DNA of 63,363 nucleotides, filler included, from Craspedostauros australis (lineage: Eukaryota), in assembly GCA_030167865.1 (NCBI GenBank). It is 7 parts of 7 records of this genome, joined end to end, with 100 filler letters (N's around TTAATTAATTAA, not from the genome) between each part and the next. Parts side by side here need not be neighbours in the genome. Positions count along the whole stretch, not along the records: positions 24,226 to 33,143 come from JALAGF010005608.1; positions 33,244 to 39,778 come from JALAGF010005609.1; positions 39,879 to 55,572 come from JALAGF010005610.1; 4 more parts are not named here. One strand, 5' to 3'. Positions 32,837-42,873 of the stretch are shown here, piece after piece. Under the pieces are notes generated by a model. The model did no database searches. It saw nothing but the letters and a program-made list of their open reading frames with translations, and was not told where the DNA came from. The position numbers and the translations under genes are program-made. The first letter of the stretch is position 1. Every line of letters begins with the position of its first letter.

Positions 32837-33143
32837 AGGAATCTGGTAGGTTGTATCGCCGAACATGTGGGTCCACTCGCTGGTGTTGTAGTCGGGAAGG
32901 TCGCTTGGGTTGGTTGCGATGGTTGCGAACCAATCATCAAAAACGACGTGAAATTGCGGGGTGATCGATCCTGTCCGTGGTGACAAGACCAGGGGGACTG
33001 TTGATGCGTGACGGGTGGAGAGGCCCATGTTGACGTACCGTTCTCCGCGTGGTTCCCACCGTGGGATCTTGCGGCCATCGCCAAGAGCTTTGTTCAACAC
33101 GTACACTGGGCTGCCCCACACATGAAGGTTGTGGAGTTGCTTC
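32837..33143 (-). mobile_element. Copia D fragment (integrase C-terminal region), upstream half of the LINE target; includes the right TSD at 32837-32856
   Basis: WGSPVYVL..IPRWEPR..HASTVPLVL..TGSITPQFHVVFDDWF, typical of a CoDi integrase C-terminus. Confidence 0.88.
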
Positions 33144-33243
33144 NNNNNNNNNNNNNNNNNNNNNNNNNNNNNNNNNNNNNNNNNNNNTTAATTAATTAAN
33201 NNNNNNNNNNNNNNNNNNNNNNNNNNNNNNNNNNNNNNNNNNN
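33144..33243. other. Artificial contig spacer
   Basis: 44N + TTAATTAATTAA + 44N. Confidence 0.97.
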
Positions 33244-33484
33244 TTGCGGTTTGTCTGGTAGATGCTATTGGGGGTTGCGGCAATCATGGGTATCTTTGCA
33301 CTTAATACCATTCCGGTTCCGGTCAGTTCTCATGGGATCTGCGGTAGAATAAGGTATCTTTGCAAAGTCGTACCCCCGATTCCTGACACCCTTCCATTGT
33401 CGCATCACCATACTCACTCACACTCACAAATCATCTCTCGTCACACTCCCTTGTCTCGCTCTCGCACTCATCTCTTCTGTCCCA

Positions 33485-35683
33485 TTAATCCATGGTCGAT
33501 CTCAATTGAATGATACTCCCTTTGTGTCTTTCGTAGATCTCCTTCTTTGTGTTCTTCGTGAAGCCGTCTGCGATGTTGTCCTCTGAGCGCACAAACTGAA
33601 TTCGTGCCTCTCCGTTGTCTATCAGCTCCCGGGTGAAATGATGTCGTATATCGATGTGTCTCTTTCGTGCTGATGTAGACGGATTGGAGGCAATGAAGAT
33701 GGCCCCCACATTGTCCACATACACATCCACTGGTTTGGTCATCGTCAAGCCAATGTCCTCCATCAGTTGTGTGAGGAAGCGAATCTCTTTTCCTGCTTCT
33801 GATAAGGCGACGTATTCCGCCTCTGTTGAGCTGAGAGTTACACTTCGTTGTGCCTTCGATCTCCATACAATGGGCACCCCTTGCAATAGGACGAGATGTC
33901 CCCCGACACTGATCCGGTTATCCTTGTCTCCCGCAAACTCGCTGTCTGCGTAGATCTCGATTTTCCATGCGTCGTTCTCCAGTGGGGTTGGTTGGATTCG
34001 TAGCCCGTATTCCCTCGTGTCCGATACGAACTTCATTACTCGCAGCATCTCCTTGTATGCAGCAGCTGATGGTCCGTCCAATACTTTGGTAAGCTCACGT
34101 ACCGCATTCGCGATGTCTGGTCGCGAGTGCTTCACCAAGTATAGCAGCATACCTACTCCGCTTCGGTATCTGCTGTGTCTGTCACTGTCCACTTTGGGTA
34201 GGTCGCTGTTTCTCTGGATACCCTGTCCTGGTGTTCCTGGAGTTCCGTATCGTTGTAGAGTCAGCACATCATCCTTGAATGTATCGATGATGTTCTTGAT
34301 GATGTGTGGCTGGTTCACCCAGCAATTCGACTGGTCGTTGTTGAAGATGATCTTGCAGCTGAGGTAGTCTTCGAGGTCGTTCTCCACCTTGATTCCGAAT
34401 CGTTCAGCCTTAATGTCGATCGTCAGTTGCTTCAACTCCTCCTTTTCTCCGATGCATAGGCAGTCGTCGACGTAGGTGCCTATTAGCAGCAGTTTCCCTT
34501 CCTGATTCCGTATCAGAAGGCATGGATCCACAGCGCTCTGTCGAAATCCCAGTTTGAGTAGAATGTCGACCAGCTTTTTGTTCCATTGTCTGGCGCTCTG
34601 CACTAGTCCGTAAATGGTTTTCTTGAGCAGCAAGCATTCGTCGGCCTCATGCCTCATCCCCTTGGGGCATTGCATGTAGATCTCTTCGTCAAGTTCTCCA
34701 TGCAGGAATGCTGTCTCGAAGTCGATGATTATACTGTCCATGTGCAACACCATCTTCATAGTGAGCATGATGCGGTAGGTTGCGTCATGAATCACTGGTG
34801 CGTGGTGTGCTGAGAAGTCTACTCCTGCGATCTGTGAGTAGCCGCAGGCGACGAGTCTGGCCCGGAAGACTCCGTTCCTCTTCTCCTTGAATACCCACTT
34901 GGTCTTCACGCATCGCCGATCTCTCGGCATTCGGTTCCTCTTGATCTTCTCCCATACTCCTCTTCTGATCATATCGTTGAACTCCTTATTGATGGCCTCT
35001 CTCCACTTCGTTCTCTTCTCGGGATCTGCATGGTCCCAGCATTCTTCGAAGGTGGTAGGGTCTAGCATCATAGCTACGCTTGCTTGCTCGGGTCTGACTC
35101 GATCATTCGTCACTTGGCTCGCAGCGATGAAGTCATCCAATCGCATCTTTCCGTGAGTGGTGTCTATCATCATCCCTGCGACGTCTCTGTTGAACATGGA
35201 CCCGTCTGTATGGAAGCTCGGCCCCTCTGTCGCCGCTGTTTCGGCTTCTGTCTCTTGGGCAGTCTCTTGCTTCTCATCGTCGGATTCGGAGGTCTCGCTG
35301 GATCCGTAGTCTCTATCCTCCTTAGGAACGGGCGAGTTGTTGTACCCTGCGAGATCTCTGACCANNNNNNNNNNNNNNNNNNNNNNNNNNNNNNNNNNNN
35401 NNNNNNNNNNNNNNNNNNNNNNNNNNNNNNNNNNNNNNNNNNNNNNNNNNNNNNNNNNNNNNNNNNNNNNNNNNNNNNNNNNNNNNNNNNNNNNNNNNNN
35501 NNNNGGTAGCAGGTCGTCCTGGTCTAGCGCGGCTTCCTCTGTATCGCCTTGTTCTTTGGTTCTGCTGCGCTGGTCATCGTCATCGGTCTCTATATCATTC
35601 ATACTATTCGATTGACGAAGCCAAGTCACTCCTCTCTCTGGAGACGAGTCTCTTGATGAGGAGTCGTCGTCTGAGTTCATCAC
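33485..35683 (-). CDS. Copia B RT + RNase H
   Basis: KWVFKEK..RARLVACGYSQ, YVDD, YADSEFAGD, SSTEAEY, NIADGFTK. Confidence 0.95.
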   Translation of the reverse strand: MMNSDDDSSSRDSSPERGVTWLRQSNSMNDIETDDDDQRSRTKEQGDTEEAALDQDDLLXXXXXXXXXXXXXXXXXXXXXXXXXXXXXXXXXXXXXXXXXXXXXXXXVRDLAGYNNSPVPKEDRDYGSSETSESDDEKQETAQETEAETAATEGPSFHTDGSMFNRDVAGMMIDTTHGKMRLDDFIAASQVTNDRVRPEQASVAMMLDPTTFEECWDHADPEKRTKWREAINKEFNDMIRRGVWEKIKRNRMPRDRRCVKTKWVFKEKRNGVFRARLVACGYSQIAGVDFSAHHAPVIHDATYRIMLTMKMVLHMDSIIIDFETAFLHGELDEEIYMQCPKGMRHEADECLLLKKTIYGLVQSARQWNKKLVDILLKLGFRQSAVDPCLLIRNQEGKLLLIGTYVDDCLCIGEKEELKQLTIDIKAERFGIKVENDLEDYLSCKIIFNNDQSNCWVNQPHIIKNIIDTFKDDVLTLQRYGTPGTPGQGIQRNSDLPKVDSDRHSRYRSGVGMLLYLVKHSRPDIANAVRELTKVLDGPSAAAYKEMLRVMKFVSDTREYGLRIQPTPLENDAWKIEIYADSEFAGDKDNRISVGGHLVLLQGVPIVWRSKAQRSVTLSSTEAEYVALSEAGKEIRFLTQLMEDIGLTMTKPVDVYVDNVGAIFIASNPSTSARKRHIDIRHHFTRELIDNGEARIQFVRSEDNIADGFTKNTKKEIYERHKGSIIQLRSTMD

Positions 35684-38600
35684 TCTGGATCTGTTGGCAT
35701 CCTTGATACCNNNNNNNNNNNNNNNNNNNNNNNNNNNNNNNNNNNNNNNNNNNNNNNNNNGGTCATATCGTTGAACTCCTTATTGATGGCCTCTCTCCAC
35801 TTCTTCCTCTTCTCGGGATCTGCATGGTCCCAGCATTCTTCGAAGGTGGTAGGGTCTAGCATCATAGCTACGCTTGCTTGCTCGGGTCTGANNNNNNNNN
35901 NNNNNNNNNNNNNNNNNNNNNNNNNNNNNNNNNNNNTCATCTTTCCGTGAGTGGTGTCTATCATCATCCCTGCGACGTCTCTGTTGAACATCGACCCGTC
36001 TGTATGGAAGCTCGGCCCCTCTGTCGCCGCTGTTTCGGCTTCCGTCTCTTGGGTAGTCTCTTGCTTCTCCTCGTCAGATTCTGAGGTCTCTCTGGATCCG
36101 TAGTCTCTGTCCTCCTTAGGAACGGGCGAATTGTTATACCCTGCGAGATCTCTGACCATTCTTGGTACGTACGCAACAGGTGTTGCGACTGGAGTCGAGG
36201 GCGGTTCTTTCTCTACCGTTCTTTCCTCACTCCTTCCATCCTCGTCCCTTCCGGATTCATCGCCGACGTCTTCGTCTGGTTCCTGATCCTCCTGGACGGG
36301 TAGCAGGTCGTCCTGCTCTAGCGCAGCATCTTCTGAATCTCCTTGTTCTCTGGCTCTGCTGCGCTTGTCATCGTCATCGGTCTCTATGTCACTCATACTG
36401 TCCGATTGACGAAGCCAAGTCACTTCTCTCTCTGGAGACGAGTCTCTTGATGAGGAGTCGTCGTCGTCTGCGTTCATCACTCTGGATCTGCTGGCATCCT
36501 TAATACCTTTGAACTCTCCATACGACTTATTCAACCATGTTACGTCTCGAGTCATCAGGATTCTCGAGGTAGCAAGGTTCATCATACGGTACACTCCTTT
36601 CGCGTGCGACTCTCCGTATCCCACGAACATGGCAGGTTTGGAGCGGTCGTCTAGCTTGGTCTTGATAGTCTGTCCACCGATGTGTACCATCCCCATCTCA
36701 CCGAACACACGCAGGTCATTCGCATACTTCGGGATTTTTCCGTTTAACAGTATACACGCTGGCTCCCTTGACTTCGTGCCAATGATGTTCTCCAGCTGCG
36801 TTGCCGTGTGAGCAGCCTCTGCCCACAGCTTCCCTCGCGTTGTTTTTGGTAGATGGGTTTGGTTNNNNNNNNNNNNNNNNNNNNNNNNNNNNNNNNNNNN
36901 NNNNNNNNNNNNNNNNNNNNNNNNNNNNNNNNNNNNNNNNNNNNNNNNNNNNNNNNNNNNNNNNNNNNNNNNNNNNNNNNNNNNNNNNNNNNNNGAACGA
37001 TTCTCTCCTGCGTTGTCACATCTGACATTTTGAACCGTTACTCGCTGATTCGCCTGGAGCCATTGGAACAACAAAAGCATCTTCGACCCCACATCGCTTT
37101 TCTCTGTGATGAAATAACTCCAGCAGTAGTCACTGTAATCGTCGATCACAAGAAGCCAGTATTTGCCCCTTCCCAGGCTGTGTGTCTGAACACTCGATGT
37201 ATCCATGAACAATCGATCCCCGACNNCTTTCGCTCGTTGTTGAGTCGCNTTCGACATNGGTCTCTGNCGCGATTTCCCAATCGCGCAGTCAACACACACG
37301 TTNAGTTTTCCTGTCANGTTCCAGCCGTACCTCCCTGCTGTTCGAGAGATGGTGTACGCGTCAACGTGGCCTAACATTTTATGAATTGTGTTGATGTCGA
37401 CTGGTGCGTCGGTTGACACACCAACATGAGCTTGGTCGTCCGCCTTGGCATTGCTCACCATGTTCACTCCGCAAACGAAGCCGCTCTGGGTCGCCATGAT
37501 GCGATCGAAGCTGATGCGCACGCTGCCCTTCTTCAGACTGATCACGATGCCGCGATTGCTAATGTCGAACCCGTTTTCGAGAGCTTTATTGATGCTCAGC
37601 AGGTTCACCCATAGCTTCGGCACGTACTTCACTGACTTGAGTACGACGATGGATGTCCTTCCATTCTTCTGCATGACGGTCATGCGCTTGTCGCCCACCT
37701 TGGTTGCCTTGAGGAAGCGTCCGTTTCCGATCTTCACCGATTGGTCGGAGACTTGGACGTTGGTCATTCCCTTGTCACAGTTGGTGAGATGGCACGATGC
37801 ACCTGAATCGCCCAGCCAGGTGTTGCTTTCGTAGTGATCTGGTGCGATGGCGGATCTCTTTGCATCGACGTCGTTCACGTTCCCGATCATCAGAGCTACC
37901 TCGTGGTGATCGTCGTGTTCCGTGTAGAGCGGTAACACTGAGAGCGCTGGGTTCGAGTCTCGAACCCCTTTGTTGCTGCTGTGATGCATCCACAGGATGG
38001 AGTGCGAGGCATGGAGGGTCATGCAGGAGATCAGATTGCTAGGGAAGGGTTGGCGATAGTGCGCTTCCAAGCTGTTGTTGATGTTGCAGGGGTTGCGACA
38101 AACGGCCATCGTAGTAATCATGCCGATGTCATGCAGCTTGAAGTACACGGAGCGTGGTTCAATCTGTGGAGTATGGTCCCCCGTGTGAGTATGCACAGCA
38201 TCGTAGCACAATAGGGCGAGTTCGTTTCGCACCTCGTTGGCTGGGAGTACGTTGCTCAACGACGCTCGAATGGCGTAACGGAGGGAACCGGTCCTTGCGA
38301 GCAGGGCGCGGCGCTCCGCGCGTTCCGCATCGTTGCTCGGCACATCCCCGCGTGGGTCGTTGTGGAGCTGGATGAAGAATGGGACTTGGGGGCATTCCAC
38401 GCACCATGCGTAGAGCGGTCCTCGCTTGAGGCACAAAGGGCACCAGGCCGTGTTGGTGGTGAGCCGTGCTGCGTTCTCGATCATCCGCTCCACGAGCGTG
38501 TGCTCAGGGGCGAAGTTGTACACCGGACGGTGTGGCTGCCTTCCTTGGTTGGCTTCCCCCATGTCATCGTCGACATCTTCGGTGTCGGTGGCCCCTTCGT

Positions 38601-39778
38601 TGGTGAGGCTTGCGTCGTAGTAGGAATCTTGTCCTTGGTTGGAGTTGCTCATCTTGTTGTTGACGTTGTATGGTCTCAAAGAAAGAATGGGAGATGTGTC
38701 AGTCTGTTCGACGATGGCTGCAAAGGCGACGTCCTCCATTACCTTGGAGTCAGCTTGGTAGTTGCTGTTGTTGTCGCGTGTTTTCACCTCGCCTGTGTTC
38801 ATAGACAAGTTGGTCACATTTTCCGATTCGTTCGTGTTTCCCGAGGTGGGCACACAAATTAATTCGTCTGTCATCACAAGAGCTACGTCGTTATTTCCCT
38901 CCATCCCATCAGTTGCCACATTAGCCGAGTCTGCCTCTTTCATGGCTGCCTTCAGCTTGAAACACTGTAGGATCTTGTGTCTCTTCTTACCGCAGTACTT
39001 ACACTCCCCATTGAACTTGGGCTTGCTGTTGTTGTCTCCTTCGCCACTCTTCTTGTTCTTGCCGTTGCCTTTCTTGGGGGCGGAGCGACAGTCTGCCTTC
39101 TTGTGGCCGTAGGCGCCACAGTTGCGGCAGTGACCTTTGAAGCCTCCTACTGCAGCGAATGCAGTCTCTTCCCTGTTGCTGGTGCTCTCACGTCTGTTGC
39201 CGCCGAGCTTGAGGTGTCGCCCGTCGTAGGTGGCGCTGACAGCCTCGCGGATGTCTTCGAGGGTCATGGTGTCCTCCATACCGTCGAACTTGAGCTCCAA
39301 GAGCTTGACGTCCGTCTCGTATTCCCTTCCGAGGGCGTTGAGTTCGAGCATGTGGTACTGTTGCATATCCATCTTGATGCCAGTACTACCGAGGCGATTA
39401 CGCAGCACTTCCATCTCAGTTAAGAACGTGTCTGGGTGCTCACCTTTCTTCAACCGCATCCCGTTGAGTTGAGCCAACAACTTTGCCTTGACAGGCGCAG
39501 TACGCTGCTCGTAGATGCGTTCAAGGGCCTTCCACGCCTTGCGTGGGTCTCCACTNTCAGTGGGTCCNCCCTTGGTTCCCACCACAGCCATGAAGGCGAC
39601 ATCGCCTTCCGTAGTTTCATGGTTGATCGCCATGGTCAGTTCTTCAAACGCGCACTTGGCCAGCCCATTCTTGTATACCTCCTTCTCCTCAGCGGTCATC
39701 GAGGCTATCTTCTTCGCGATAGACTCACCCTCTTCGATCTTCACATCGGAGATGAGGGCGCTGGGGCCGAAGGGAGCT
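35680..39778 (-). CDS. Copia B Gag, extra domain, protease and integrase (single frame)
   Basis: CRNCGAYGHKKADC and CKYCGKKRHKILQC knuckles; CPLC-x9-CVEC; WLGDSGASCH; HHCC; DDE. The split from the RT ORF falls at a gap-flanked duplication. Confidence 0.93.
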
Positions 39779-39878
39779 NNNNNNNNNNNNNNNNNNNNNN
39801 NNNNNNNNNNNNNNNNNNNNNNTTAATTAATTAANNNNNNNNNNNNNNNNNNNNNNNNNNNNNNNNNNNNNNNNNNNN
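39779..39878. other. Artificial contig spacer
   Basis: 44N + TTAATTAATTAA + 44N. Confidence 0.97.
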
Positions 39879-40617
39879 GACAGATCACATCACCGCTCAC
39901 CGAGCAGGAGAGCAACAGACACCAAACTTTAGGATTGTATATATATACTATATACGATGCTAAAATAGAAAGACGAGTACAGGAACACGCACACGAGCTA
40001 AGTCCGGAGAGTTTAACTTTGGTTGATGCTGTTTTTAGCCTTTTTTGTTCGGGACTTACGTAGAAAATGTACTACATTCTACAGAGCAGTTTCTGTGATC
40101 CAAACATCGCCAAACATCGCCAATTTGTTTGGCTACAGCCGGCTCTTCGAGGCACTAGACTCCGTAGATCAGCCTGTGGAGAAGGAACAATCTCAGTGAT
40201 GCTTCGCAAGAGATCCAATCAGGTGTCTGCGAAAGAATGTGTTCGCAGCACGTGCTAACTTAGTGCAACAAGTCGGAAGCAGATGTCCGCGAGTCCCATA
40301 CACTCTTCTTCGCGAACATCGTTGCCAATCAGCGCGCCAGAAACAATGTCCAACGGCAAATGAGCACGCAAGGGTGCGCAATGCGTTTTTCCGGTTTCGC
40401 TCACCACTCACAGAGCAGTTAACGGCCTTTTCCATCGTTGCCATCGCATTGTCCACTCCGGCCTCATCGTCGACAGTCACAACCACAACCACAGCTGAGC
40501 TGAGTGGAGCAGAGTGGAGACGCATCCATCCATCCATTCTCACAACCATAGAAGCAATCAACAGCAATCAACATCAACAATCATACCATCAACATCATCA
40601 ACATTGTCAATAACAAC

Positions 40618-41700
40618 ATGGTGCGACATCGACAGACCGCGAGACATTCACGGTCCGATCCCGAGCCCGTGTTCACACCAGAGCCACGCGCAGCTGCCCG
40701 ATCCAGCAGACGCAGACCCTGGCAATGGCCGGTGCTGGCCTTGTTGGCCCTCATCCTGCCGGCGCTGCGTCTGCAGCAGCTCGTTTCCGACTTCGTCGCG
40801 CCACCGGCCTTGCTGCAGGGTGGTTCGTCATTGGCGGAAGCCAAGATGAAGGCCAACGAACAGAAACTGAGACGACGTGAGGACCCCAAGAAGGTGGTCA
40901 CGTCCGCCGCATCGCCCGCGGTCACGACGCGCAAGTTCTCACCCGGAAAGGCCAAGCACAAGAAGGCGTCGCATCAGCATCACCACCACCACAAACATGC
41001 ATCCAACGACTCAGACGAGGACGACGAGAACGTCCTCACGGTCACCGTCCAAAAGGGCAGTTACAACGACTTCTGGCAAGTCCTCGACTGCAAACACGCC
41101 GACAAGGTCCACATCCCGACGCCCGAGACCTTCCTCCTCTTGCGCCAAAAGTACGAGGAAATGATAGCGCGCCACCCCAATGCCACGTCGTCGATCCGCA
41201 ACAGCCGCACGACATCCGATCTCACGGGTTCCGGTTTCGTCGTCGACGTCGCCATCGAGATCGCACCCAAGATGGGTCGCGGTGTCTTTGCGCGCCAATT
41301 CATCAAAAAGGGCACCAAGGTCGCCGACGATCGTTACACGGCCGTCTTCAGGACGGGCGATCAGTATCGTGATTTTCTGCTCAACATCCCACCGCAATTG
41401 GCCTGCGATGTCCTCGTCTGGGCCTACGCCACGAAGAATCCTTCCGTCGGCAACTGCGATTTGGATGAGAATTCGTTGCTCAACACGGCCGGGCGCAACG
41501 CCGCCGTCAATGTGCGGGAACGCAAGTTCCTGTCGATCGACAGTAAAGCGGACAGCGATGATAGCGATAGCGATGATGTGGCTCTGGAACTGTACGCGAC
41601 GAAAGATATTCAAAAGGGGGAGCAGCTCATCATGAATTACGGTGATTTCGATTGCTTGACGTGTTGGGACGATATCGGTTTCAAGAATCCGTGGGTGTAG
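40618..41700 (+). CDS. SET-domain protein with an N-terminal signal anchor (BacSET-like methyltransferase)
   Basis: Basic N-terminus and hydrophobic WPVLALLALILPAL; SET motifs MGRGVFARQFIKKGT and LYATKDIQKGEQLIMNYG. Confidence 0.85.
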   Translation: MVRHRQTARHSRSDPEPVFTPEPRAAARSSRRRPWQWPVLALLALILPALRLQQLVSDFVAPPALLQGGSSLAEAKMKANEQKLRRREDPKKVVTSAASPAVTTRKFSPGKAKHKKASHQHHHHHKHASNDSDEDDENVLTVTVQKGSYNDFWQVLDCKHADKVHIPTPETFLLLRQKYEEMIARHPNATSSIRNSRTTSDLTGSGFVVDVAIEIAPKMGRGVFARQFIKKGTKVADDRYTAVFRTGDQYRDFLLNIPPQLACDVLVWAYATKNPSVGNCDLDENSLLNTAGRNAAVNVRERKFLSIDSKADSDDSDSDDVALELYATKDIQKGEQLIMNYGDFDCLTCWDDIGFKNPWV

Positions 41701-42200
41701 TCAGAGGCACAGAGCATCGTGGTATTACATCATGGTATGGTATCGTGGTGGCGAAATATTCTTCAATTCATTCTTATCGAAGCATTACATCACACTACAT
41801 TCTACATACTCCAATGAATGCAGAGTAGAGTACTACTCTTTGCTGCTCCACTCTATGATTTGCACTCTGCTTGATGCATACGACCACTCGTTCCTTCCAA
41901 GATGTGGAGAATGCACAATTTGGAGATTGCGCCAACACGAATGCGCGAATTGATGCACCGGGACACCCGGCAAGTCCATTGAAACGTGCGTTGTTTGACT
42001 CGTTTGACCAGAGAGATGAATCGAGACTGTTTAATCGAATTAGTCTTGCCTACACAATCTGTGTCGTTGCATTCGCTGAAAATGACCNNNNNNNNNNNNN
42101 NNNNNNNNNNNNATATTTAACGAGATCGTCTATTAGTGTCCAATGACCGCCGTTGTGACTGTAGTTGTTTAAGTCACGAATCAATCTGATGCACAACTGA

Positions 42201-42382
42201 AAGTGCATTTAATGCACTCCAAATGCATTTAATGCACTCCAATTGCATTTAATGCACTTCAAATGCATTTAATGCACTTCAAGTGCATTTTTTGAACCCC
42301 AAATGCANNNNNNNNNNNNNNNNNNNNNNNNNNNNNNNNNNNNNNNNNNNNNNNNNNAATGCACTCCAAGTGCATTAAATGC
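42201..42382. repeat. 20-bp minisatellite with an internal palindrome
   Basis: Units of AA(G/A/T)TGCATTTAATGCACT(C/T)C; at least five before an N gap, continuing after it. Confidence 0.92.
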
Positions 42383-42873
42383 AAAAGGAAGCAGGTTCGA
42401 CGGGACTCGATGACACTTCAACCAAACGGAAGCAATGACTAGATTTGTCCGAGTAACACCGATTGATAAAGTGGTAATATCAATGAATCAAACGAAGACG
42501 TCGCTGCGACATTGCTTTGTCAACATCTCACAAACAACGAAGAAACACAACAAATGACAAAAAGCACTTTGGGGTCGTACTAGTCGTAAACTGAAGTATT
42601 TGATGCACTTGCCGGGTGTCCCCGCACAACACGATCGCTGAATTTGCGTTCTCATTGCAGTCGCAGTAGTCGAAATCGCCACGATGGCGCGAACAATTCT
42701 TGTCGCCCATCGTTGTTGTTGTGCTGAACGCAAAGCAAAACAAAAACGTGGACTTGCATCCACAATCTCCACATCATTCTTGGCGATGGCATTGGATTGT
42801 CATAAACTGCGACTCCACGCATACTACATTACGTATAGTACAATCGACACAGTACCACTACGCAACAACAACA

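Larger units (their letters stand above)
33244..39778 (-). mobile_element. Ty1/copia retrotransposon B (relative of A), near-complete internal region
   Basis: Gag, two CCHC knuckles, extra domain, PR, IN, RT, RH. A purine tract GGAAGGG followed by TGTCAGG at 33388 suggests the start of the 3' LTR. Confidence 0.95.

Noticed and set aside
34980..36510. Internal ~750-bp duplication of the IN-RT linker in copia B
   Set aside because: The copies differ at scattered sites but meet at an N gap; more likely two family members or haplotypes merged than a real duplication.
42201..42382. CRISPR-like palindromic repeat array
   Set aside because: Units abut with no spacers, there are no cas genes and the context is eukaryotic.
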